Assembly: GCA_024763475.1 (NCBI GenBank)
Contig: JANTFM010000001.1
Coordinates: 7,879 to 71,878 of the forward strand
DNA: 64,000 nucleotides
Reading direction: 5' to 3'
Source: Acidobacteriota bacterium
GTDB taxonomy: Bacteria; Acidobacteriota; Polarisedimenticolia; J045
The notes below the pieces were generated by a model, which searched no databases, was not told the DNA's origin, and saw nothing but the letters and a program-made list of their open reading frames with translations. Positions 27,245 to 36,798 of this stretch are shown in pieces. Both the position numbers and the translations under genes were made by a program. Each line of letters starts with the position of its first letter. The stretch's first letter is position 1.

Positions 27245-27310
27245 AGTGTATTAGTTGTCTAATGCACTATGACGTTAAGCCCTTGAGGTGTATCTGTCAA
27301 CTAATACACC
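27245..27310. promoter_or_regulatory. Operator-like inverted repeats in the divergent promoter region upstream of the GntR operon: AGTGTATTAG-TTGT-CTAATGCACT (27245-27268) and GTGTATTAGTTGTC / GTCAACTAATACAC (27246-27259 vs 27296-27309)
   Basis: Read directly. The motif GTGTATTAGTTGAC and its reverse complement GTCAACTAATACAC occur 36 bp apart with 1 mismatch, starting 18 nt upstream of the GntR start codon. Confidence 0.4.
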
Positions 27311-27427
27311 TGCCACGCTGGACTCACGGAGCTTCTTTCCCCGGGGGGCAGCACCCTGTCCCGCCGCAAGAGGAACGGTAGACGCAGGTCCTCTTGCGCG
27401 GAATAATCGGGCGGAAGGGGGACTTCG

Positions 27428-28768
27428 GTGCGTCGCAGAATCATCCTCGAGAGCGTCTTGTTGTGTGTTGCTCTCGCAGCTCCGGTCGTTGCCGTGATCC
27501 CTTCCGACGAGTGCGTGTTGCTGGAACGTCGCTCGCGCATCGCGAAGCGCCGGGGTGACGAAACCGGCAGTCTTGCCTTGCTCGAGGAGGCGTCCGGCGT
27601 GTGCCGCGAGAACATCGCGCTGCTTCTCGAACTCGAACACGTCTACCGCTGGAAGGATGGTTTCGCGGAGCAACTTGCCGCGGTGCACAAGCGCCTGGTC
27701 CGGAGCGTCGAGCAGAAAGACTCGCCGGTCTCGATGGCCCTGGTCGATCGCTTCGTCGGTAATTCGCGCACGACGGACGAGGATCTGGAGTTCCTGCTCC
27801 ACGTGACCCAGACCTGGCTGGAACGCGACCCGGAGTCACCGCGCCTACTCGAGGCGCTGGCAACGATCCATGCCCGTAGGAGTGAGACGGAGTCCGCACG
27901 GGAGGTCTTGGATCGCCTGATCGCCATCGAGGACAAGCCCATCTACCGGCGTAACGCCTACTACCTCGATCTCGCTCTCGAGCACTGGGATCCCGCGTTG
28001 GACTACCTGCTCAAGCGGGTCGCTGCGGGCCACGACGATATCCTCACGCGTATCGGTCTGATCCGCCTGCTCGCCAAGACCGGCCGCTATGCAGAGCTGC
28101 TCGAGTTGACCCAGCCCCTCCTTGGCACCTCTGTCGGGGGTGCCAGCCTGCCCGGGGGCTACCACGAACTCGCTGCCACGGTACTGATTCCGGCGGCGTG
28201 GTCGCTCTATGACGCTGGGAAGGTCGAGGAGGCCGAGGCTTACTTCCGACTCCTTCTCGAGAAGTCACCCGACAACGCCGAACTGCAGCAGACCGTCCTC
28301 CAGCTCTTTGCGGGCGAAGCGGAACAGGCGGAGGGGCGCGAGCGGATAGAGCGTCGCTGGGCCAGCGAGCAGAACCCTCTCAAGCTGCTGAAGGAGGGCT
28401 CTGCGAGGCTCGGTGCGGGAGATGCTGCCGGCGCGTACGAGCTCATCCGGCGGGCGACGACAATCGATCCCCGCTCCGAGGTCGGCTGGTTCAACCTGGG
28501 CCTGGCCGCCAGTAAGCTCGAACACTGGCAGGAGGCCGACGATGCGTTCTCGCGCCTGATAGAACTCGCTCCCTCCATGACCGACGCCTACTACAACCGC
28601 GGTATCGCCCGGATCCAGCTCGCTCGTCATGTCGAGGCACTCGCCGACCTCAAGCACTACGTCGCCGAGCGACCGGATCAGAAGGGCGCCTGGTACTACA
28701 TCTATTCCTGCTACAAGGCACTGGGGAAGATGAAACTCGCGGGTGAGGCGCTCCAGCACTACAAGTGA
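27428..28768 (+). CDS. TPR repeat-containing protein with N-terminal signal peptide/anchor
   Basis: GTG start. The N-terminal hydrophobic segment is ILESVLLCVALAAPVVAV. Multiple TPR-like helices follow (AYYNRGIARIQLARHVEALADLKHYVAERPDQKGAWYYIYSCYKALGK). Confidence 0.6.
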   Translation: MRRRIILESVLLCVALAAPVVAVIPSDECVLLERRSRIAKRRGDETGSLALLEEASGVCRENIALLLELEHVYRWKDGFAEQLAAVHKRLVRSVEQKDSPVSMALVDRFVGNSRTTDEDLEFLLHVTQTWLERDPESPRLLEALATIHARRSETESAREVLDRLIAIEDKPIYRRNAYYLDLALEHWDPALDYLLKRVAAGHDDILTRIGLIRLLAKTGRYAELLELTQPLLGTSVGGASLPGGYHELAATVLIPAAWSLYDAGKVEEAEAYFRLLLEKSPDNAELQQTVLQLFAGEAEQAEGRERIERRWASEQNPLKLLKEGSARLGAGDAAGAYELIRRATTIDPRSEVGWFNLGLAASKLEHWQEADDAFSRLIELAPSMTDAYYNRGIARIQLARHVEALADLKHYVAERPDQKGAWYYIYSCYKALGKMKLAGEALQHYK

Positions 28769-28792
28769 GCGAACGGGATCTGCAGGCAGGAC

Positions 28793-30133
28793 TCAGAAGG
28801 ACATGATGTAGTTGCGGTAGGCGTCTTCGAGCGCTTCCGGCGGCGCGCCGTAGACATGTTGGAAGACGTCGCGTACCGGGTAGCCCTCGGCGACGAGGAG
28901 CATGAAGCGGGGGAAGAGTTCTTCGGCCCAGTCGCTTTCCCCATGGCGGAGGAAGTGCACGAGCATCCAGGACTGTGGATAGAAGAGGGCGATCTTCTCG
29001 CCGTAGAAGTCCCGGGGAGAGGCATCGACCAACTCGACGATGCTGAGCGCCCGCTTCTCCTTAACGGCTTGCTTGACCGCCTTCGTATTGGCACGGGAGC
29101 TGGTGTCCGTCTTGTAGGCCAGGGGGTAGTTGCCTGCGAGGCGCCAGCCCGTAATGCGCTGCTTGTGACCACCCGGGATCAGCTTTCCCTTCCTGATATC
29201 CGAGCAGCCCATGTACTCGGCGAAACCCTCGCCGAGCCACCGCGGCTGTTGTGCCCGGATAGCAAAGAGATGACGGTCCATCAGGGCGTGGGTTGCCTCG
29301 TGGATCAGGGTGGAGAGCAGCGCCTCCGGAGTAATCCGCTCGACATGGAAGGCGATGATGCCGGAGCTATCATAGAACCCTACCGAGGCCTCGAGGCCGC
29401 CCACGATTTGTACGAGCGTCCGGTACTGATCCGCCGACCTGTAGATAAAGACAAGCACCTTGCCTCGGGCCGGCAGACTGGGGATCTGTTGGTTGAAGAC
29501 CTTGTAGCTTGCCGCCCAGGCCGCCGCGAGATTGTTGGCGATGCCTCGGGCCGCCTCCTCTGTGCCGACGTCCATGTAGACGCCGAAGTACTCGTTTTCG
29601 CCGAAGACCGTCTTCTCGGTATCGAGCAGTCCCTTCGCCTTGGTCGCATTGCGGGCCTGCAACTGCCGTAGCTGCTTGTAGGGAAGCTCCAGTATCTCCC
29701 GCCGCTGGCGGAAGTAGGGATCCTGTGCACGCTCGAAGTCCAGTTGGATCTTTCGCCGTCGCAACGGCGAAGCGACACGCTCGGGAAAGCGCACCTTCCA
29801 GGAGACGGTGGTGGCCACGGCCTTGTCGGCCTGCCTGGCGGGGGCGAATCGCCAGCCGCGCATCTCCTCGATAGCGGCCTGCTTGAACAGGTCGTCGAAC
29901 TCGCTCTTCGGCTCGATCGACAAGACGCGCGCTTCGTGCACGATGCCTCGTTCATCGAGCACCAGTTCGACCTCGACCAGCGGAGTCAACCCCGTGCCAA
30001 CGGTCGCCACCGGCGTCTCGGGAAGAGGCGTGTGCAGGGGGACCGGATCCGTTGCGACCGGGTCCTCGCCGAGGCTGGGGGGATGGGGGGCGAGGATCAG
30101 GATCCCCACCAACAGGAATTCAAGGAGTCGCAT
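28793..30133 (-). CDS. Fusion protein: signal peptide + TonB C-terminal-like domain + DUF1570-like putative metallopeptidase domain (HExxH: LIHEATHAL)
   Basis: The N-terminal region (proline-rich, then VEVELVLDERGIVHEARVLSIEPKSEFDDLFKQAAIEEMRGWRFAPA) resembles TonB_C. The C-terminal 300 aa contain HEATH and a profile resembling DUF1570. Assignment is from motif recollection. Confidence 0.45.
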   Translation of the reverse strand: MRLLEFLLVGILILAPHPPSLGEDPVATDPVPLHTPLPETPVATVGTGLTPLVEVELVLDERGIVHEARVLSIEPKSEFDDLFKQAAIEEMRGWRFAPARQADKAVATTVSWKVRFPERVASPLRRRKIQLDFERAQDPYFRQRREILELPYKQLRQLQARNATKAKGLLDTEKTVFGENEYFGVYMDVGTEEAARGIANNLAAAWAASYKVFNQQIPSLPARGKVLVFIYRSADQYRTLVQIVGGLEASVGFYDSSGIIAFHVERITPEALLSTLIHEATHALMDRHLFAIRAQQPRWLGEGFAEYMGCSDIRKGKLIPGGHKQRITGWRLAGNYPLAYKTDTSSRANTKAVKQAVKEKRALSIVELVDASPRDFYGEKIALFYPQSWMLVHFLRHGESDWAEELFPRFMLLVAEGYPVRDVFQHVYGAPPEALEDAYRNYIMSF

Positions 30134-30299
30134 GGGGCTATCTTATCCCGGAGATTCTCGAGAGGGGCCTACCCATCTTGATGAGCGGGGACGGGATCCA
30201 GATGCTCCCGGACCGCCGCGAGCCCTCGCCCTCCTCCCCGACACGACCCGCAGAATTCTACTGAAGCCCTCGGTCAATTCGGGATAAGCACTTGTCTAA

Positions 30300-30314
30300 A
30301 CACAGAATCTGTGT
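30300..30314. promoter_or_regulatory. Perfect 15-bp palindrome ACACAGAATCTGTGT ~150 nt upstream of actA (candidate regulator site for the ACIII operon)
   Basis: Read directly; it lies in a relatively AT-rich 330-bp intergenic region. Confidence 0.3.
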
Positions 30315-30462
30315 AAGACATATGCCGCAACTGGACGAAGTGACGACCCATTACGCAGTTTCTCGGCCCCGCAGGCACCGGTGTGGTGTTGTGCGAAGTG
30401 TGGGAGCTGTCCGATTACGCGGCGGTTCCCGTGCTCATTAGTTAGGGACGGATCCACGGATA

Positions 30463-31122
30463 ATGGAACCCGAAAAGCGATTTTTCTTTCCCCGTTGGTT
30501 TAACCTCCTGCTGCCTGCTCTGGGCGTCGTGCTTGTGGGTGGACCGCTCTACCTCATCGTCGTGGTCTGGCTCGGATTCTCTCCGATGGCGGTTAGCGTC
30601 GGGTATGCTCCCGAGCAGCCCGTTCCCTATTCCCACGCCCTCCACGCGGGAGAACTGGGGATCGACTGCCTCTACTGTCACAACACGGTCGAGGAAAGCG
30701 GAAGAGCTGCGATACCTCCGTCTGCGACCTGCATGAACTGTCACGAGCGGATCAAGGCGAAGAGTGAGGCGCTTGCGCCGATCAGGGAGAGCATGGAGAC
30801 TGGCGAGCCAGTCAAGTGGGTGAGGGTGCACGACTTGCCGGACTTCGTCTACTTCAACCACAGCGCTCATGTCTCGCGAGGTGTGGGCTGCGTCGAGTGT
30901 CATGGCCGGGTGGATCGCATGGAGGTCGTCACCCAAGTCAAGCCCCTGAGCATGGGATGGTGCCTTGCTTGCCATCGCGATCCCGACGCCCGGCTTCGGC
31001 CCTTGGATCGGATCACCGATCTCGGCTGGGAGCCGGATGGAGATCGACTCGAGATCGGTCGTAAGGTACGAGAAGAAAACAACATCCAACCCTCCACGGA
31101 CTGTTCCACATGTCATCGATGA
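30463..31122 (+). CDS. actA: Alternative complex III subunit ActA, membrane-anchored pentaheme cytochrome c
   Basis: There are five CxxCH motifs (CLYCH, CMNCH, CVECH, CLACH, CSTCH). An N-terminal TM helix is present. It is first in an act operon. Confidence 0.8.
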   Translation: MEPEKRFFFPRWFNLLLPALGVVLVGGPLYLIVVVWLGFSPMAVSVGYAPEQPVPYSHALHAGELGIDCLYCHNTVEESGRAAIPPSATCMNCHERIKAKSEALAPIRESMETGEPVKWVRVHDLPDFVYFNHSAHVSRGVGCVECHGRVDRMEVVTQVKPLSMGWCLACHRDPDARLRPLDRITDLGWEPDGDRLEIGRKVREENNIQPSTDCSTCHR

Positions 31123-34100
31123 AAAAGCCTGTATCGGGAAAGGCGTTCTGGCGTTCCCTCGAGGACTACGCCGAGGCCCCGGAGTTCATGCGCTGGGCCA
31201 AGGCGGAGTTTCCTGCTCTGCTTGAGCCGATGAGTCCCCCGTCGCGCCGGTCCTTCCTGCGCCTGATGGGAGCCTCGGCGGCTCTCGCGGGGCTGGCGGC
31301 TTGCCGTTGGCCCAAGGAGACCATTCTCCCGTTCTCCCAGCGGCCGGAAGACCTCGTCCCCGGGGTTCCCCAGCGCTTCGCCACGGCCTTCGATTACGGT
31401 GGCCACGCCCAGGGACTGCTCGTCACGAGCTACGACGGCCGCCCGATCAAGATCGAGGGCAACCCGGAGCATCCCCTGTCGCGGGGGGCCAGCAACTCCT
31501 TCGCCCAGGCGTCGGTGCTGAGCCTCTACGACCCGGATCGCTCACGGGTCCCCTATTCCGGGGGCAAGAAGAGTTCTTGGGCGGACTTCGATGCCGCGTT
31601 CGGCGCGCAGACAACGGCTCTTGCCGCGTCCGGTGGAGCGGGTTTCGCCGTGCTGGCCGAGGCGAGTTCGTCGCCCAGCCGCGCGCGCTTGCAGGCTGAG
31701 ATAGAGTCCGCCTGGCCCAACGCCCGCTGGTTCGAGTACGAAGCGATCTCCCGGGACAACGAGCGGGAGGGTACGCGGCTCGCCTTCGGGAAGCCCCTGC
31801 GGCCCCAGTACGACTTCTCCAAAGCCGAGCTTGCCGTCTGCCTCGATGCCGACCTCCTGGGAGAGCATCCGGCGTCCCTCGCCCATGCCCGGGGCTTCGC
31901 GGTGTCCCGGCGCCGGATCGACGAGGGCCGACTCGGTCGCCTCTACGCGATCGAGAGCTGCTATTCGATCACCGGAGCCGCAGCCGACGAGCGTTTCCCG
32001 ATGCCCAGCGGCCGGATTCCCGCACTCCTCGTTGCCATCGCTCAAGGCCTCGAGGCGGCTGGAGTTGCCCTGCCCTCGGGTGTGCTCCGCGCCGCCGTGT
32101 CCGCATTTCCGCCTGGCGAGAGCCTGCCCCTCGTGGCCACGATCATCGAGGATCTGCTGCGCCATCGCGGCCACGGCTTCGTGGCCGTTGGTGCCCAGCA
32201 CCTGGCGGAAGCCCACGCTCTGGCGTTCGCCATCAACGATGCCCTCGCGAACACGGGCCATACGGTCTCTTACCTTCCCTGTCCTGATCCGGAACGGGTG
32301 TCTCACTCGACCGCGATTGCCAGCCTGGCAAGGAAGATCGAGGCGGGAGAGCTCACCACGCTCCTCGTTCTCGGTGCGAACCCGGTCTACAACGCCCCTG
32401 CGGACTTCGATTTCGGTGCTTTGCTGGCCAAGGTCGGCCAGACGATTCATCTCGGGCAGTACCGCGATGAGACCGCCGAGAAGTGCCTCTGGCACCTCCC
32501 CGAAGCGCACTATCTCGAATCCTGGGGTGATGCCCGCTCCTGGGATGGAAGCGTCAGCGTCGTCCAGCCGCTGATCGAGCCCTTGCACGGATCGCGCAGC
32601 GCCCTCGAGATCCTCGCCGGTGTTCTCGGTCGCCAGCCGGCGGACGGACATGGGATCGTCCGAGAGACGATCACCGGACTCGCTGGCGACAAGGGAGACA
32701 AGGCGTGGCGCCGCACCTTGCATGACGGTCTGCTTGCCGGCAGTGCGCCTGCGCCCGTCCATCCCCGGATCGATGGCTCATCGGTCGCCGCGTCCCTGGC
32801 TTCGGCGAAGCCCAAGGCTGCTGGTGATCTGGAACTCGTCTTCACCACGGCTCCGGACGTCTACGACGGACGCTTCGCGAACAACGCCTGGTTACAGGAG
32901 ACGCCCGATCCGCTGACGAAACTCACCTGGGACAACGCACTGCTCGTGGGACCCGCCACGGCGGACAAGCTGGGTGTGCGCCATGGCGAGCTGGCGAAGG
33001 TGGAGGCTGGCGGCCGCTCGATCGAGGCCCCGGTGTTCATCGCTCCGGGCCAGGCCCTCGGGTCGATTGCCCTCGGCCTCGGTTACGGCCGGACCGCGGC
33101 CGGCAGGGTCGGCAGCGGCGTGGGTATCAGCGCCTACCCCCTGAGAACTCTCGCGGACGCCGGTTGGTCCAGCGGCATCACGGTGACAGGCACCGGACAG
33201 GTCTTCAAGTTGGCGACGACCCAGGATCATTTCGCGATCGATGTGGGGGGCCGCGAGGAGACGGAGCGCCGCCGACCCGAGCTCGTGCGCGAGGCGAATC
33301 TCGAGGAGTTCAAGCGGGTCCCCGACTTCGTTCGCCACCGCAGCCACGACATAGAGCTCTTTTCCCTCTGGGAGGAGTTCACCTACGAAGGTCACAGCTG
33401 GGGCATGTCGATCGACCTGAACACCTGCATCGGCTGCAACTACTGCGCGGTGGCCTGTCAAGCCGAGAACAATGTCCCGGTCGTCGGCAAGGAGCAGGTG
33501 TACAACGGCCGCGAGATGGCCTGGCTGCGCGTGGATCGCTACTACGGGGGGGATCCTGAGGATGCAAGCATCGCGTTCCAGCCCCTCGCCTGTCAGCAGT
33601 GCGAGATGGCGCCCTGCGAAGAGGTCTGCCCGGCATCAGCGACCGTTCATGACGACGAAGGCCTCAATACGATGGTCTACAACCGCTGTATCGGGACGCG
33701 CTACTGTTCCAACAACTGCCCTTACAAGGTGCGTCGTTTCAACTTCTTCAACTACCACAAGAATCTGACGGAACTCGAGTCGCTGGGGATGAATCCCGGT
33801 GTCTCCGTTCGATCGCGTGGTGTGATGGAAAAGTGTACCTACTGCACGCAGCGCATCGCCCAGGTAAAGATCCTGGCCAAGAACGAGGGGCGTCCCATCG
33901 AGGACGGCGAGATCACGCCCGCCTGCGCCCAGGCCTGTCCGACGCAGGCCATCACCTTCGGCGACCTCAACGATGAGAAGAGTCGCGTCCGCGAGCTGCA
34001 CCAGGACAAGCGGGCCTACTCGCTCCTGGGCGAACTGAACATCAAGCCGCGCACGAAATATCTGGGGCGGATAAAGAACCCATCCTCCATGGGACACACG

Positions 34101-34127
34101 GAGCACAGCTCCGAGGAGCATCACTGA
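31110..34127 (+). CDS. actB: Alternative complex III subunit ActB (fused B1 molybdopterin-oxidoreductase-like + B2 4Fe-4S ferredoxin-like), Tat signal
   Basis: The twin-arginine signal is SRRSFLRLMGASAALAGLAA. There are four Cys clusters: CIGCNYCAVACQAEN, CQQCEMAPCEEVCP, CIGTRYCSNNCPY and CTYCTQRI...CAQACP. 1005 aa, the expected ActB size. Confidence 0.85.
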   Translation: MSSMKKPVSGKAFWRSLEDYAEAPEFMRWAKAEFPALLEPMSPPSRRSFLRLMGASAALAGLAACRWPKETILPFSQRPEDLVPGVPQRFATAFDYGGHAQGLLVTSYDGRPIKIEGNPEHPLSRGASNSFAQASVLSLYDPDRSRVPYSGGKKSSWADFDAAFGAQTTALAASGGAGFAVLAEASSSPSRARLQAEIESAWPNARWFEYEAISRDNEREGTRLAFGKPLRPQYDFSKAELAVCLDADLLGEHPASLAHARGFAVSRRRIDEGRLGRLYAIESCYSITGAAADERFPMPSGRIPALLVAIAQGLEAAGVALPSGVLRAAVSAFPPGESLPLVATIIEDLLRHRGHGFVAVGAQHLAEAHALAFAINDALANTGHTVSYLPCPDPERVSHSTAIASLARKIEAGELTTLLVLGANPVYNAPADFDFGALLAKVGQTIHLGQYRDETAEKCLWHLPEAHYLESWGDARSWDGSVSVVQPLIEPLHGSRSALEILAGVLGRQPADGHGIVRETITGLAGDKGDKAWRRTLHDGLLAGSAPAPVHPRIDGSSVAASLASAKPKAAGDLELVFTTAPDVYDGRFANNAWLQETPDPLTKLTWDNALLVGPATADKLGVRHGELAKVEAGGRSIEAPVFIAPGQALGSIALGLGYGRTAAGRVGSGVGISAYPLRTLADAGWSSGITVTGTGQVFKLATTQDHFAIDVGGREETERRRPELVREANLEEFKRVPDFVRHRSHDIELFSLWEEFTYEGHSWGMSIDLNTCIGCNYCAVACQAENNVPVVGKEQVYNGREMAWLRVDRYYGGDPEDASIAFQPLACQQCEMAPCEEVCPASATVHDDEGLNTMVYNRCIGTRYCSNNCPYKVRRFNFFNYHKNLTELESLGMNPGVSVRSRGVMEKCTYCTQRIAQVKILAKNEGRPIEDGEITPACAQACPTQAITFGDLNDEKSRVRELHQDKRAYSLLGELNIKPRTKYLGRIKNPSSMGHTEHSSEEHH

Positions 34128-34130
34128 TCC

Positions 34131-35597
34131 ATGAGCACAGGACTATCTGAAAACCTGAGCCAGGATCCACGGCAGCGGCCCACGCTGGTGCTGGGGGGCA
34201 AGGGCTTCACCGAGGTGACGGACACGGTCTGTGCCGTGTCCGAGCGGCGCAAGTGGCCGGCGATCTGGTATATCGCTTTCGCCTGTTCCCTGGTTCTCCT
34301 GGGCGTGCTTGGCGCCTGCCTGACCTACCTGATCAGCACGGGTATCGGGGTGTGGGGCAACAACATGCCCGCTGCCTGGGGATTCCCGATCGTCAACTTC
34401 GTGTTCTGGGTCGGCATCGGACACGCAGGTACGCTGATCTCGGCGGTGCTCTTCCTCTTTCGCCAGAAATGGCGGACGAGTATCAACCGCTCCGCGGAGG
34501 CGATGACGATCTTCGCAGTGGCCTGTGCCGGCATCTTCCCGGCGGTGCATGTCGGGAGGGTCTGGCTGGCCTACTGGCTCTTTCCCATTCCCAACCAAAT
34601 GTCCATGTGGCCGAATTTCCGTTCGCCGCTGCTCTGGGACGTATTCGCCGTGAGCACCTACGCCACCGTGTCCAGCATGTTCTGGTACATGGGTATGATC
34701 CCGGATCTGGCGACCCTTCGAGACAGGGCGACTGGCAAGGCGAAGCAGTTCTTCTACGGCCTCTTTTCCCTGGGTTGGTCCGGGTCCAATCGCCACTGGC
34801 TTCGTTTCGAGCGGGCCTACTTGCTGCTTGCGGCGCTCGCGACCCCGCTGGTGCTCAGCGTGCACTCGATCGTGTCCTTCGACTTCGCGGTCTCGATCCT
34901 GCCGGGCTGGCACACGACGATCTTTCCGCCCTACTTCGTCGCTGGGGCGATCTTCAGCGGGTTCGGGATGGTGATGACGATTCTCATTCCCTGCCGTTCG
35001 GCCTTCGGGCTGCAAGATCTGATCACGACGCGCCACGTAGAGAACATGGCCAAGGTGATCCTCGTGACCGGCTCGATGGTGGGCTACTCCTATACGATGG
35101 AGTTCTTCATCGCCTGGTACAGCGGCAACCTGGTTGAGCAGTTCGCCTTCGTCAACCGCTCCTTCGGACCCTACGCTTGGGCCTACTGGACCATGTTCAG
35201 CTGCAACGCCTTCATTCCTCAGCTCTTCTGGTTCAAGAAGGTCCGCCAGACGATGCTTCTCGCCTGGATTGTCAGCATTCTCGTCAACGTGGGGATGTGG
35301 TTCGAGCGATTCGTGATCGTCGTCACCTCGCTGACGCGGGACTACCTCCCCTCGAGTTGGGGCATGTTTCGGCCGACCTCTATCGACTTTCTGACCTTCC
35401 TCGGCAGCTTCGGTTTGTTCTTCACGCTCTTCCTGCTCTTCGTTCGTTTCCTGCCGATGGTCGCGATGGCCGAGGTGCGGAGCGTGATGCCGCAGGCCCA
35501 TGGCATCGTCGGTGAAGGACACCGTCCCTTCGGTGACTACTGGCCCGACTCTGTTCATCCGGAGCGGCAGCGAAAGCCGTCGCCGGAGGAAGAGTGA
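34131..35597 (+). CDS. actC: Alternative complex III subunit ActC (NrfD/PsrC-like polytopic quinol-interacting membrane subunit)
   Basis: 488 aa with ~10 TM helices. NrfD-family motifs include [25 protein letters not shown]. Position in operon also fits. Confidence 0.8.
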   Translation: MSTGLSENLSQDPRQRPTLVLGGKGFTEVTDTVCAVSERRKWPAIWYIAFACSLVLLGVLGACLTYLISTGIGVWGNNMPAAWGFPIVNFVFWVGIGHAGTLISAVLFLFRQKWRTSINRSAEAMTIFAVACAGIFPAVHVGRVWLAYWLFPIPNQMSMWPNFRSPLLWDVFAVSTYATVSSMFWYMGMIPDLATLRDRATGKAKQFFYGLFSLGWSGSNRHWLRFERAYLLLAALATPLVLSVHSIVSFDFAVSILPGWHTTIFPPYFVAGAIFSGFGMVMTILIPCRSAFGLQDLITTRHVENMAKVILVTGSMVGYSYTMEFFIAWYSGNLVEQFAFVNRSFGPYAWAYWTMFSCNAFIPQLFWFKKVRQTMLLAWIVSILVNVGMWFERFVIVVTSLTRDYLPSSWGMFRPTSIDFLTFLGSFGLFFTLFLLFVRFLPMVAMAEVRSVMPQAHGIVGEGHRPFGDYWPDSVHPERQRKPSPEEE

Positions 35598-36142
35598 TGA
35601 ACCACGACACGGCGCCCCTGTGGGGCATGATGGCCGAATTCGACAACGTCAGCGATACCCTCGCCGCCGCGGAGAAGACCCGCGACGCCGGCTTCAAGCA
35701 CTGGGACACGCACACTCCCTTCCCAGTGCACGGGCTGTGTGATGCGATGGGCATGCGGGATACGCGTCTGCCATGGGTCGTGCTCACGGCAGGAATCACC
35801 GGGGCCCTCTTCGGCCTGGCGCTGCAATACTTCACCAATGCCGTGGACTATCCGTTCGTGATCAGCGGCAAGCCGTTGTTCAGCCTGCCTGCGAATATTC
35901 CGGTGGTCTTCGAGTGCACGATCCTCTTCGCCGCGCTGACGGCCTTCAAGGCCATGCTCGTGGCGAATCGTCTGCCGCAGCATCATCGGCCACTCTTCAA
36001 GAAGGAGCGCTTCCGGCGGGCCACGCAGGACCGCTTCTTCATCGTGATCGAGGCGGCGGATCCCAAGTTTGATGCGGACAGGACGCGCGCCTTTCTCGAG
36101 TCGCTTGGCGGGCTCTCCGTTGAGGAGGTAGAGGATCGATGA
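35594..36142 (+). CDS. actD: Alternative complex III subunit ActD (DUF3341 membrane protein)
   Basis: 182 aa with a single TM segment; ATGA-coupled to actC. Size and position fit ActD. Confidence 0.65.
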   Translation: MMNHDTAPLWGMMAEFDNVSDTLAAAEKTRDAGFKHWDTHTPFPVHGLCDAMGMRDTRLPWVVLTAGITGALFGLALQYFTNAVDYPFVISGKPLFSLPANIPVVFECTILFAALTAFKAMLVANRLPQHHRPLFKKERFRRATQDRFFIVIEAADPKFDADRTRAFLESLGGLSVEEVEDR

Positions 36143-36792
36143 GGGTACCGAGGGGAGTCATCTACCTGCTCATTGTGGCGGTTGCGCTGACGCTGCTACC
36201 GCTGGCAGTGATCGCACTGGCGCGCACCTCGACGTCGTCCAAGCCGCGGATTCACATCGTTCCCGACATGGATAGCCAGGAGTCCTTCAAGGCGCAACAG
36301 GGTTCCACGCTCTTCAGCGACGGCCGTGCGGCGCGCCTGGCGCCGGCCGGAACGGTCGCCCGAGGCCAGCTCAAAGAGGACGACCACTACTATCGGGGCA
36401 AGATCGCAGACGCGTATGCGACCGAGTTCCCCAAGCAGGTTCAGGTCACGGAAGAACTCCTCCTGCGGGGCAAGAACCGATTCCAGGTATTCTGCGCCCC
36501 TTGCCACGGTCGTGCCGGCTACGGAGACGGTATGGTGGCCCGGCATGCGGACGCACTGGCCGAGGGCACCTGGACCCAGCCAGCGGACTTCCACACGGAC
36601 GCCATCCGGCAGCGGCCGGTCGGCGAGATCTTTGATATCTTGACCAACGGGGTACGCAACATGCCGGCCCATGGTCGCCAGATCAAAGTACATGATCGCT
36701 GGGCGATCGTGGCTTACGCCAAGGCGCTGCAACTCAGCCAGGAGGTCGACGTTGAATCCCTCCCGGCCGAGTTCCGCCAAGGCCTGCGCTAA
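36139..36792 (+). CDS. actE: Alternative complex III subunit ActE, monoheme cytochrome c
   Basis: There is a single CAPCH heme-binding motif and an N-terminal signal/lipobox-like segment. ATGA-coupled to actD. Confidence 0.75.
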   Translation: MRVPRGVIYLLIVAVALTLLPLAVIALARTSTSSKPRIHIVPDMDSQESFKAQQGSTLFSDGRAARLAPAGTVARGQLKEDDHYYRGKIADAYATEFPKQVQVTEELLLRGKNRFQVFCAPCHGRAGYGDGMVARHADALAEGTWTQPADFHTDAIRQRPVGEIFDILTNGVRNMPAHGRQIKVHDRWAIVAYAKALQLSQEVDVESLPAEFRQGLR

Positions 36793-36798
36793 GCGAGG

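Noticed and set aside
31110-34127. Possible selenocysteine (in-frame TGA) in the ActB molybdopterin-like domain
   Set aside because: The ORF is continuous without in-frame TGA, and no SECIS-like context was sought or needed.
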